Virus record (IMG/VR): IMGVR_UViG_3300037466_000352
Origin: a virus
Lineage: Duplodnaviria; Heunggongvirae; Uroviricota; Caudoviricetes
Strand: one strand, 5' to 3'
DNA length: 55,199 bases
This document shows positions 1 to 7,693 of this stretch, piece by piece. Below the pieces are notes generated by a model that saw nothing but the letters and a program-made list of their open reading frames with translations, was not told the DNA's origin and did not search any database. The position numbers and the translations under genes are program-made. The first letter of the stretch is position 1. Each line of letters starts with the position of its first letter.

Positions 1-1
1 C

Positions 2-268
2 CTGAAGGATGTCGAAGAACGTCTCTGCTACGAGACGGGCGCGCTGTTTAGCGCACTGTACCGCGAAATCGAAGACCGGATCAAGGTCTTCGGTCCCATC
101 AAGACGACGATGGTCTACGACGAAATCTTTATCGGCATGGACTGCGCGGATCGACCCTTCGAGTGGAAGCAAATCCGTGACTCCGTGGCCGAATCGTGTC
201 GCATCTTCTGGAACCGCTACAACCTGCATGCCACGAAGGAAGTGAAGGGCACGCACGGAGGGTCTTGA
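2..268 (+). CDS. Hypothetical protein, 5'-truncated by the window edge (LKDVEERLCYE...KGTHGGS*)
   Basis: Frame 2 is open from base 2 to TGA at 266-268 with phage-like codon use; the stop overlaps the -35 of the next promoter. The listed 9..245 ORF is an off-frame shadow. Confidence 0.7.
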   Translation: MKDVEERLCYETGALFSALYREIEDRIKVFGPIKTTMVYDEIFIGMDCADRPFEWKQIRDSVAESCRIFWNRYNLHATKEVKGTHGGS

Positions 269-292
269 CAAGAATTCCCAGACATGTATAAT
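265..292 (+). promoter_or_regulatory. Early sigma70-type promoter with TCCCAGACATGT box
   Basis: TTGACA 265-270, 16-nt spacer, TATAAT 287-292; box at 276-287; GGGAG RBS downstream. Confidence 0.85.
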
Positions 293-327
293 CACTTCCA
301 TCGAGAACATCTTTGGGAGTGATTCAC

Positions 328-588
328 ATGGAACTGATGCTCAACGACTTCGAATACGACAAGGCCCGAAAGGTTCTCTCGATCAAGCGCGACAGCTTCT
401 ACTATGAAGGCCGTTTTCCGCGAGAAGTCAAAGTCAAATCACACATCACCGGACGCATCATCAAGTTCGTGATGGATGAAGAAGCGGCAATCCAAGCCGA
501 ATTCTGGGACGGCGAGATGTACGAATACATCCCGGCTGCTGGTGAAATAGTTCCCAACGTAGCAACACTGGTAATTTACAACGGATAA
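328..588 (+). CDS. Hypothetical early protein (86 aa)
   Basis: ATG 328 follows GGGAG RBS; ORF MELMLNDFEY... Confidence 0.8.
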   Translation: MELMLNDFEYDKARKVLSIKRDSFYYEGRFPREVKVKSHITGRIIKFVMDEEAAIQAEFWDGEMYEYIPAAGEIVPNVATLVIYNG

Positions 589-589
589 G

Positions 590-913
590 ATGAAGAAAAT
601 TGCAACACTGGCCGCGCTCGTCGCGGCTTTGTCACTCGCAGCATGTAGCGATAGTGACCGGTCGTCCGGTTACGTGGTCCCGGCCACGGCTGGTGCGATC
701 TTCCAAGATGTCGGCACGAACCCGGCTGACGGCTGCACCACGGTTCGCTTCTTCCGGGCCACTCCGGGCGGTATCCCAGATGATCGCGGGTACTACACTC
801 GATGCCCGAACACACCGGCCAATAAGCCGGTTGTGACGCAGCACGAAGAGAACTGTGGCAAGAATTGTACCCGGCACGTCACAGTCACGACGATTAGTCC
901 CGACACCAAATAA
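590..913 (+). CDS. Early lipoprotein (lipobox LAAC), possibly DUF4884-like
   Basis: MKK + hydrophobic stretch + LSLAA-C signal peptide II; DGCTTVRF..YYTRC..CGKNC motifs. Confidence 0.7.
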   Translation: MKKIATLAALVAALSLAACSDSDRSSGYVVPATAGAIFQDVGTNPADGCTTVRFFRATPGGIPDDRGYYTRCPNTPANKPVVTQHEENCGKNCTRHVTVTTISPDTK

Positions 914-916
914 CGC

Positions 917-945
917 TTGACGCATAATTCCCAGACCTGTATGAT
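917..945 (+). promoter_or_regulatory. Early sigma70-type promoter with box; inverted box copy at 960-971
   Basis: TTGACG 917-922, 17 nt, TATGAT 940-945; TCCCAGACCTGT 929-940; ACATGTCTGGGA 960-971 runs into the GGGAG RBS. Confidence 0.85.
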
Positions 946-980
946 TCTCTACATCGACAACATGTCTGGGAGTGATTCAC

Positions 981-1997
981 ATGACCAAGCCGACCTTCAA
1001 GTTCCATTTCCCCATCGTTTTTGCAGCGGTTGCGGCTAACCCCGAAAAACTTAACCGCCTGTTGAATCGCCTAAATGACCGAATCATCGTCGAAGTCAAT
1101 GCTGCAATCGACGCCGGTCAAATCATCCTCATTGATTCCAAGACGATTCGTGAAAACATCAACCGTTTCGTACAGGAAGCTTTCGACTCTATCGTATGGG
1201 AGCGCTACGTGCATGCTGGCAAGTGGGAATCTCTTCCCGAAGACCTGAAGTATCTCGATCACGTGTACGAAGCGCGGCTGATCCCGTCCTTCCTAAAGAA
1301 GCTGGATAAGGTGTCACCCGAAGCCAAGAAGTGTGAGATGTACGGCGTGGCTAGGTTGCTCGCCGAAGAACTCTTGGAACTGGCGGAAGTCGTCGCCTAT
1401 CTAAAGACCATCGAAGTCAAGGCCACGGCTGTTCGTGCCGCGAAGAAAGCGCGCGAAGAAGAGCGTCGGGCCATCGTGAACGCCACGGATGCTGTCTATC
1501 AGGCCGTGTTCCCGCTCAAGAAGATGGCGCAGGATCGCGCAGAAGAGATGTTCCGGGCCGACGTTGAACAGGCTAAGGCCACTCTCTCGAAGCACGGCAA
1601 TGACCTCGATTCGATCCTTCCGTACCCAGAAAAAGGCGATTCTGGTACAATGCGTGCGATATCCTTGGCACGTTCGTTCTACCTCTCGATCTGTATCTAT
1701 GACCCGGAGATGGAAGACGGAAACTTTTTGTTGCTCAATGACGATAAGGTAGAGAAAGAAGTCGGTAAGGTGAGACGCGATGCCGGGTTTGAATTCGAAG
1801 CGTACGTCGCCAAGCTGAATACGAAGATCAATGCCAAGGTGGACAAAGCAGTTCTCGAAGGCAACCCTTGGTTCGGTTCGCACCTGACTGTCTACATCAA
1901 AGACCGTGAACCGCAAGTTTGGCACACGAAGATGATCGTGAACCGGTCGAAACTTGGCAAGCTGTTCAACCAGTTTCCGACCCGTCTGGTGAAGTAA
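981..1997 (+). CDS. Hypothetical early protein (338 aa), helical N-terminus, C-terminal WHTKMIVNRSKLGKLFNQFPTR motif
   Basis: Long ORF; RBS GGGAG; own promoter. Confidence 0.85.
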   Translation: MTKPTFKFHFPIVFAAVAANPEKLNRLLNRLNDRIIVEVNAAIDAGQIILIDSKTIRENINRFVQEAFDSIVWERYVHAGKWESLPEDLKYLDHVYEARLIPSFLKKLDKVSPEAKKCEMYGVARLLAEELLELAEVVAYLKTIEVKATAVRAAKKAREEERRAIVNATDAVYQAVFPLKKMAQDRAEEMFRADVEQAKATLSKHGNDLDSILPYPEKGDSGTMRAISLARSFYLSICIYDPEMEDGNFLLLNDDKVEKEVGKVRRDAGFEFEAYVAKLNTKINAKVDKAVLEGNPWFGSHLTVYIKDREPQVWHTKMIVNRSKLGKLFNQFPTRLVK

Positions 1998-2003
1998 AGA
2001 AAA

Positions 2004-2045
2004 ACAGGTCTGGGAGTTGACATTTGATTCCCAGACCTGTATTAT
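2004..2045 (+). promoter_or_regulatory. Early promoter whose -35 lies in the loop of a perfect 12-bp inverted repeat
   Basis: ACAGGTCTGGGA 2004-2015 / TCCCAGACCTGT 2029-2040; TTGACA 2017-2022, 17 nt, TATTAT 2040-2045. Confidence 0.85.
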
Positions 2046-2070
2046 CTTCACATCGAACGGGAGAATGATT

Positions 2071-2289
2071 ATGGACCGATTTATCGTTTTGGTATTCGCG
2101 GACGCAACGGCAACCATCATTGATTGCGAGCCGCTGATTTGCGACGGATGCACAAACTACGACAATGCCGAACAATGGGCTGTTGAACAGTTTGCAAACG
2201 GGCGCGAAGTATACAACATAGTCCACCTGCCCACCGAAGAAGCGTGCAAGCAGTATATTGCGCTTTTTGGGTATGAACTGGCCGACTAA
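2071..2289 (+). CDS. Hypothetical early protein (72 aa)
   Basis: GGGAG 2059-2063, ATG 2071. Confidence 0.75.
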   Translation: MDRFIVLVFADATATIIDCEPLICDGCTNYDNAEQWAVEQFANGREVYNIVHLPTEEACKQYIALFGYELAD

Positions 2290-2332
2290 ACCCGCGCCGG
2301 GGCAGTCCCGGCCTACTCGATGGGGTGTTGAA

Positions 2333-2542
2333 ATGAGCGAACTTGACTTTCTTGAAACCGAGGTAACAGGGCTCGATTTGAGAGACGAACAGGACCGTGC
2401 CATTTTTCGCACCCGCGTTGCAGCGCGGCTCTGCTGCACGACTGTTGCCGCTATGCGCGAATGGGTGCGCGTGCCTGTTCGCAGCCGACAGGACGCATAT
2501 ACCGCCGTGGCGAACGCATTCATCGCGCAGCATAACGCCTAA
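2333..2542 (+). CDS. Hypothetical protein (69 aa)
   Basis: GGGGTG RBS before ATG 2333; MSELDFLETE... Confidence 0.7.
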   Translation: MSELDFLETEVTGLDLRDEQDRAIFRTRVAARLCCTTVAAMREWVRVPVRSRQDAYTAVANAFIAQHNA

Positions 2543-2559
2543 CTCGAAGGATGGACACC

Positions 2560-2814
2560 ATGAAACGATATTGGGTTCCGGCCAAGTTTTGGGACGACCA
2601 TTGCGATAGGTGTCCCTGTGATGGCGACCCGGAAATCTGCATGGCGAACGAGGTACGCCGTGCCGGTAATCGCGTCCTGATCGAAGGAAACGAAAAGCAA
2701 ATCGACTGCTTGCGATCTGACGCTGAGTTCTATTGCGACCGGGATGGCCCTGATGAATGTCCAGCGGGATTAAAACGCAGCGCTACTGCGACACTTCGCG
2801 CTTTGAACGTCTAA
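2560..2814 (+). CDS. Cys-rich hypothetical protein (84 aa)
   Basis: AAGGATGG RBS; HCDRCPCD..C..C..C pattern; alternative start 2551. Confidence 0.75.
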   Translation: MKRYWVPAKFWDDHCDRCPCDGDPEICMANEVRRAGNRVLIEGNEKQIDCLRSDAEFYCDRDGPDECPAGLKRSATATLRALNV

Positions 2815-2855
2815 CCACAAGCCGGATAGTTCCGGCTCACTCGAAGGGGATGATG

Positions 2856-3089
2856 ATGCCGTTCTATACGATTGTCGATGACGGATACAACGTCGATCTG
2901 TACCGCACGCGCAAGGCGGCGATAGCGGCTGTCGTCGGAAATGATTTTGCGCTTGCGGCTGACGCCGAAGACCCGGCGAGTGACACTGACATAGCAAAGG
3001 CTGTTCGCGCAGAGCCTATCGTGCGGCTCTATAAACTCGGCGAACGCGACTGGGCATACCGAATCGAGCGCCACGCTCGCGCACGCTAA
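2856..3089 (+). CDS. Hypothetical protein (about 77 aa)
   Basis: AAGGGG RBS then ATG ATG ATG (2850-2858). Confidence 0.7.
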   Translation: MPFYTIVDDGYNVDLYRTRKAAIAAVVGNDFALAADAEDPASDTDIAKAVRAEPIVRLYKLGERDWAYRIERHARAR

Positions 3090-3130
3090 CCACCACTACA
3101 AAATGTTGTAAATCCCACGTCTTGTCGGTA

Positions 3131-3159
3131 TTGACAACCAATTCCCAGACATGTATGAT
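3131..3159 (+). promoter_or_regulatory. Early sigma70-type promoter with box
   Basis: TTGACA 3131-3136, 17 nt, TATGAT 3154-3159; TCCCAGACATGT 3143-3154; same TCTCTACATCGAC leader as the 917 promoter. Confidence 0.9.
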
Positions 3160-3194
3160 TCTCTACATCGACCACAAACACGGGAGTGAACGAC

Positions 3195-3539
3195 ATGGAC
3201 AAGAAACCGATGATCTTCAACGTGATGGCCTGGATCAAGAATGATGACGGTACTTTCCGTCTCTGTGTCCACCACGTCGCCGGGTTCGATAGCGCTGACG
3301 CTGAACAGCGCATCAAGGAAGAGGGTTCACAATTCCTTCGCGGTCAACTCTTCATCAATACGGATCGGTTCATGGAGCACCACGGCACGGCGTGTCGCAT
3401 GTACTCGACGAACTACGCCAACGAAGACAATGTTAGCACAAGCGAGTACCGCAAATGGGTGTATCGGATGCTGCGAGACGACGAGTACGATGGCGACGTG
3501 ATGCCTGCGCCGTACCGTCGCTTCCACGTTAAACACTGA
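3195..3539 (+). CDS. Hypothetical early protein (114 aa)
   Basis: GGGAG RBS, ATG 3195. Confidence 0.8.
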   Translation: MDKKPMIFNVMAWIKNDDGTFRLCVHHVAGFDSADAEQRIKEEGSQFLRGQLFINTDRFMEHHGTACRMYSTNYANEDNVSTSEYRKWVYRMLRDDEYDGDVMPAPYRRFHVKH

Positions 3540-3555
3540 ATAGGAGGGGTTTTCT

Positions 3556-3834
3556 ATGCCAATTCGACCAATCGGTTTCGAGGAAGCCAAGGCAAGATAC
3601 GTCCATCGATACACGATGGAACACGTTCCGCAATGGGCCAAGGATCAGACCCTTGTCGTGGACGGTCAGGTGCGATACTACGCTCCCCATTATCGGTCGG
3701 ATCGTGAGTGGTATGAAAACACCACGTTTCCTGGCGAGAACGACATTCCCAAACGTGCGAAATACTGCGACTCGCACGGACAAACGTGGCCTCTTGGTCA
3801 CTCGCTCGTCAAGCCATACCAGACCGGTAAATAA
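3556..3834 (+). CDS. Hypothetical phage protein (92 aa)
   Basis: TAGGAGG RBS; aromatic-rich ORF (RYVHRYTMEHVPQWA...WPLG). Confidence 0.8.
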   Translation: MPIRPIGFEEAKARYVHRYTMEHVPQWAKDQTLVVDGQVRYYAPHYRSDREWYENTTFPGENDIPKRAKYCDSHGQTWPLGHSLVKPYQTGK

Positions 3835-3900
3835 GGGAATTAGACTCGCCCGTGGTGTATCGAGGTAACATTCTCTCAGTCCACCACGGAGACGGTAAAA

Positions 3901-4134
3901 ATGACGCGTCACAGCAGGCATCACGGAGTTTCGCAATCGCTGCAACGGTTAGATAGCTACCCGGCTGGTACATGGATAGTGATAGGTGATAGAAGATTTT
4001 ACCGGCCAGCAGTCGGTAGTTGTTGGCGTGAGGATGATCCAGATTTGGATTTTCATCCTTCACGCACAAGTCTGTTCATTCGCAACATTGAACTTATTAG
4101 CAACGAACGTCACAGGATAGTAAGAAGAAGATGA
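3901..4134 (+). CDS. Hypothetical protein (77 aa)
   Basis: GGAG RBS; ATGA coupling to the next ORF; atypical composition. Confidence 0.5.
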   Translation: MTRHSRHHGVSQSLQRLDSYPAGTWIVIGDRRFYRPAVGSCWREDDPDLDFHPSRTSLFIRNIELISNERHRIVRRR

Positions 4135-4307
4135 AATATACGGTAGACCAACTTCAGAGCATGGCGGTTCAATACTTGATGCACGAAAGTGCTGGTGATT
4201 CACGGTGCGCAGAACTGAAATCACAGATGCAAGAGCGCACCGGATATCCACCGCACGCCATCACACAAAAGATTCACGAACTCGCCATGCGTCAGACAGC
4301 GGTCTAA
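4131..4307 (+). CDS. Hypothetical protein (58 aa, MKYTVDQLQSMAVQYLMHES...), not in the ORF track
   Basis: Translated by hand; ATGA overlap with the upstream stop; ends TAA 4305-4307. Confidence 0.65.
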   Translation: MKYTVDQLQSMAVQYLMHESAGDSRCAELKSQMQERTGYPPHAITQKIHELAMRQTAV

Positions 4308-4310
4308 CCT

Positions 4311-5138
4311 TCAAAGACTGATTCCAGTGAACGATGTTGTCAAACCGTATTTCTGCGCGATACCCTGAAGGGCTGTCGCGCGAGAACGAATCTGGTCATT
4401 CACGCTCTTCACCACATCCCCGCCATGTGCCGCTAACGAAGCGGCATCCATTTGCGTCGCGGACTTCTGTGACGCCACTTCATGGCAAATCCACTTCCGG
4501 TATCCAAACGTCACAGGCAACCGCATAAAGTTGCCTTGTGCGTTCTGCGATACAGTCATCGCTCCCAGACTCTTTGGGAACGCGTCTCGAATAACTGTCT
4601 CATAAACCGAACCATCGGTCCTATCGAGTTGGTGAATCCCCAGCATTGTTGTATAGCTGTCCGGGTATGAGACTGTCTGCGAATCCGTATCCACAATCGA
4701 ATCCATCCAGGCATCGAACATCTTCTTCGTGTTCATGTCACGGTCGATCAGAAACGTCACTGTGAGGCCCGCTTCACCGCCGTAGTCCGCTGATACCGGC
4801 ATGGGTTCAGCAGCCCCGTACGTGCGCCTTTGCTTGACATACAGTGACAACGGCGGGAATGACACAGACTCGATTCGAATGATCGACCCTTGCATGTATT
4901 GTCCCCACGTCGTCAGGCACGGCGGGATACCGATGAACATCTCGAAGCGATTGTCCTCGGCCAGACCTTTCCCAAGGACCTCTCCCTTGAAATCGTCTAA
5001 CCGGAACTGCGACTTCGAGGACGCATTTGATTTGGTAGGTCCCAAGCCAAGAGCGCCGCGAACTATGTCGCCAGCACCCTTGACGGTCCCATTGAGAATG
5101 TCAATGGGATTCGGGATTGAAGAAAGAAGATCAGCCAT
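4311..5138 (-). CDS. gp54: Baseplate tail-tube initiator (T4 gp54-like, tube-protein fold)
   Basis: GLA..NRFE, TVTFLIDRD..KKMFDAW, IHQLD, DAFP, PVTFGYRKW motifs of the gp19/gp54 family. Confidence 0.7.
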   Translation of the reverse strand: MADLLSSIPNPIDILNGTVKGAGDIVRGALGLGPTKSNASSKSQFRLDDFKGEVLGKGLAEDNRFEMFIGIPPCLTTWGQYMQGSIIRIESVSFPPLSLYVKQRRTYGAAEPMPVSADYGGEAGLTVTFLIDRDMNTKKMFDAWMDSIVDTDSQTVSYPDSYTTMLGIHQLDRTDGSVYETVIRDAFPKSLGAMTVSQNAQGNFMRLPVTFGYRKWICHEVASQKSATQMDAASLAAHGGDVVKSVNDQIRSRATALQGIAQKYGLTTSFTGISL

Positions 5139-5140
5139 CT

Positions 5141-5740
5141 TTAGACTCGTTGTTTGGCGTCGTGCCAGACTCGTTGTTTCGATGCTTTCTGGAACTGTTC
5201 GACCGGCAAGAGCGCGACCATCGGCCAGCTACTTGAGGGGATTTCCAGAAACCGTGATTCCAAACCATCATCCTTGTACATCTTGAAAGCGAAGTCAGCA
5301 CCAAGGTTCTTTGCTTTCGACAGACGCATAAGAATGTCATAGGTCAGTTTCAAACGTGTCGTTGCATCGAACCTATCGTTATTTGATAGGTCATACAGAT
5401 TCGCGAGAAGACGTAGACGCATCGGTGGCGGCAAATAGTGAAGGTTCAGACCGTACCAGTACTTGTGTCCATTCTTGGTGAATCTGTCTATGTAGAAGAT
5501 ACACGGAAACGCATCCCAATACGGAAGATCGTCCTTGGTAACAGCATCGTAGTGATACAGATACATCCGGCCCGGAACTGGCGCAATAGTCAAACGACCC
5601 GTCTGCGCCATCAACGACTTTGGTTGATATGATGATCGACTAAGGACCTTGATTTGCGACTGGAACCATTCAAGTGACTGGCGCATATTGGCCTTCGTCA
5701 CCTTCAGTTTGTCGAACGGGTTTGGTTGTTGTGCTGCCAT
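5141..5740 (-). CDS. gp2: DNA end protector protein
   Basis: GRMYLYHYDAVTKDDLPYWDAFP, GLNLHYLPP..R motifs; adjacent to gp4. Confidence 0.9.
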   Translation of the reverse strand: MAAQQPNPFDKLKVTKANMRQSLEWFQSQIKVLSRSSYQPKSLMAQTGRLTIAPVPGRMYLYHYDAVTKDDLPYWDAFPCIFYIDRFTKNGHKYWYGLNLHYLPPPMRLRLLANLYDLSNNDRFDATTRLKLTYDILMRLSKAKNLGADFAFKMYKDDGLESRFLEIPSSSWPMVALLPVEQFQKASKQRVWHDAKQRV

Positions 5741-5782
5741 TTATCTCTATACCGAATACTTGCCGTTTATCTCTATATCAGA

Positions 5783-5790
5783 TATTTATC
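5783..5790 (-). promoter_or_regulatory. T4-type late promoter (GATAAATA) for gp2/gp54
   Basis: TAAATA core about 45 nt upstream of the gp2 start. Confidence 0.65.
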
Positions 5791-5792
5791 GG

Positions 5793-6245
5793 TCACTTGA
5801 TGCCTAGCTCTTTCTCGGTGAGGACGATGAACTTCCATCCCTTACGATCACAGAACTTTTTGGCTGCTTCCCACTTTGCCTCATTCGTCGCAAACATGAT
5901 GCACTCTTCGAGATACCTCTTTGATTTGCGAGTGGGTGTTGTTGGTTTCTCAGTGAACTTCTTTGGTTTGATTTCTGCCAGATAAGTTGACACTGAACCG
6001 TCTTTGTTTCGTATCGTGAACTTCAGGTCCACGAAGTATCGATGGATTTGTCCATCAACAGGGGATTTGTACGGAATGATTGTTTCTTCGCTCGACCACG
6101 TAAGGACATTCGAACGAGTATCACACCAGTTGAACGCCTTCAGTTCCCATGATGAACGATAAGTAATGCTGTGAATGTTTCCCCGATACTTGGCGGGATT
6201 CCTCGGCTTCCATTTTCCCCTATACGCGTTTGCCCCGTATGCCAT
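5793..6245 (-). CDS. gp4: Head completion nuclease (TnsA-like PD-(D/E)xK)
   Basis: Y.GKW.P.NP.KY.G, YRSSWE, WSSE..IPY.SP.DG..HRYFVD, EIKP motifs. Confidence 0.92.
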   Translation of the reverse strand: MAYGANAYRGKWKPRNPAKYRGNIHSITYRSSWELKAFNWCDTRSNVLTWSSEETIIPYKSPVDGQIHRYFVDLKFTIRNKDGSVSTYLAEIKPKKFTEKPTTPTRKSKRYLEECIMFATNEAKWEAAKKFCDRKGWKFIVLTEKELGIK

Positions 6246-6251
6246 CTGCTG

Positions 6252-6282
6252 CACCTAAATATTGGATATTCCTATTTAGGTG
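6252..6282. promoter_or_regulatory. Pair of overlapping late promoters (CTAAATA on each strand) serving gp4 and gp48
   Basis: Perfect 10-bp inverted repeat CACCTAAATA 6252-6261 / TATTTAGGTG 6273-6282. Confidence 0.8.
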
Positions 6283-6288
6283 ACAACC

Positions 6289-7437
6289 ATGTCCCTTCTC
6301 ACAACTGTCGAAAACGCAGCCTCACAGATTCCGGGTTTGTCTTCTCTCAAGAACAAATCGACAGCGAACGTCGATAAGTTCAAGACACAGACGCCATCTA
6401 CAACGGATCGCAGCATCGGCAACTTCATCTACCCGTCTAGTCTCACAGTTGATCCCGATTTGCAACATTGGGTGACGTTCTACATCAACGTCCGTGGCAA
6501 GTCGAAGATCGCGCAAGACAAAAGCTTACTCGTTGATCCAAGCACGCCAGTTCCACTGAATGGCGAGAACCGCGTCGATCCTTCCAAAATGAGTAACGGT
6601 GTCGCGGCTGCTGCTGGTGTCGCGGGCGCACTTGGCGCTGTATCGAAGCTTGGTGTCGGGAAGTTCTTCGGAAAGATAGCCTATGCACGTTCAGGAAGTG
6701 GCCTTGGTGGGCTTGCTGGGTTCGCGGCGGGCACTGCCCTTGCCGCTGGTACTGCGGCCATCGCTACGGACCTCGCAGTCACGCCAGACACAACGTATCG
6801 ATTGAAGGACGCCATCACTCTGCATCTCGCACAAGCTCCATCGGCCCACTACTCGGCTGACTACGACATCGTGAACTTGGGTGCATTACAGGGCTTCTTC
6901 GACGGTAGTTCGTCTGCCGTTGACGCATCGAAGTCGCTAGGTATGAGTATCGACAGCTTCAAGGAAATCGCTCGGGCTGGTGCGTTTGCCGTTGGTGGCA
7001 CGATCAGCAGTGTTGCAGCGAAGATGGAAGCAGCGTCAAAACAAACATTGAATCCATTCCGTGAAGTTCTCTTCAAGTCGGTGGGCTTCCGTCGATTCCG
7101 CTTCGATTACAAGTTCTACCCGAAGTCTCAACAAGAGACAGATCAAGTGCAGAAGATTATCCAGACATTCCGATATCACATGCACCCCGAATTGTCGAAT
7201 GGCGGGTTGTTCTATATTCACCCTTCAGAGTTCAATATCCAGTATTACTACAAGGGCAAAGAGAACACCTACTTCAACAAAATCTCAACCTGCGCTTTGG
7301 TTGACATGCACGTAGAATACGGTGGTCAAGAACAGTTCGCTTCGTTTGCGGATGGTGCGCCTGTCGAAATCACGATGTCACTTCAGTTCCAAGAACTCGA
7401 AACGTTGACCAAAGAGCGTATCCAGAAAGGCTACTAA
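6289..7437 (+). CDS. gp48: Baseplate tail-tube cap
   Basis: NPFREVLFKSVGFRRF.FDYKFYPKS..E, YIHPSEF.I.Y, L.FQELETLTK motifs. Confidence 0.85.
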   Translation: MSLLTTVENAASQIPGLSSLKNKSTANVDKFKTQTPSTTDRSIGNFIYPSSLTVDPDLQHWVTFYINVRGKSKIAQDKSLLVDPSTPVPLNGENRVDPSKMSNGVAAAAGVAGALGAVSKLGVGKFFGKIAYARSGSGLGGLAGFAAGTALAAGTAAIATDLAVTPDTTYRLKDAITLHLAQAPSAHYSADYDIVNLGALQGFFDGSSSAVDASKSLGMSIDSFKEIARAGAFAVGGTISSVAAKMEAASKQTLNPFREVLFKSVGFRRFRFDYKFYPKSQQETDQVQKIIQTFRYHMHPELSNGGLFYIHPSEFNIQYYYKGKENTYFNKISTCALVDMHVEYGGQEQFASFADGAPVEITMSLQFQELETLTKERIQKGY

Positions 7438-7691
7438 TGAAGCACGTTCTCTACTTCTCTGCGTCGTGGTGCGCTCCCTGCAAGACGTTTGCACCACAAT
7501 TCAACGCAGTACTCGCTGAACGACAAGATGTCGGATTCCAGAAGGTCAATATCGACGACGAATTCGAATTGGCACGTTCATGGGGCGTTCGCAACATTCC
7601 TTGCCTTGTCATCACCGAGGACGGAAAAGAACTGAGCCGTCTTGCTGGCGCAAACGTGAATAAGACGAATCTCGAAAAGGCACTTAGCTAA
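7437..7691 (+). CDS. trx: Thioredoxin (WCAPC)
   Basis: LYFSASWCAPCK, KVNIDDE.ELA..WGVRNIP thioredoxin signature. Confidence 0.9.
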   Translation: MKHVLYFSASWCAPCKTFAPQFNAVLAERQDVGFQKVNIDDEFELARSWGVRNIPCLVITEDGKELSRLAGANVNKTNLEKALS

Positions 7692-7693
7692 TC

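Noticed and set aside
1401-2153. 250-aa minus-strand ORF
   Set aside because: Antisense shadow of the 338-aa gene that has a promoter and RBS; no RBS and atypical composition.
4563-4579. TCCCAGACTCTTTGGGA in gp54 and GTCTGGGA in gp13 (50524-50531) as further box copies
   Set aside because: Only the 8-bp core matches. Both lie mid-gene and are explained by coding (FPKSLG, AVWD).
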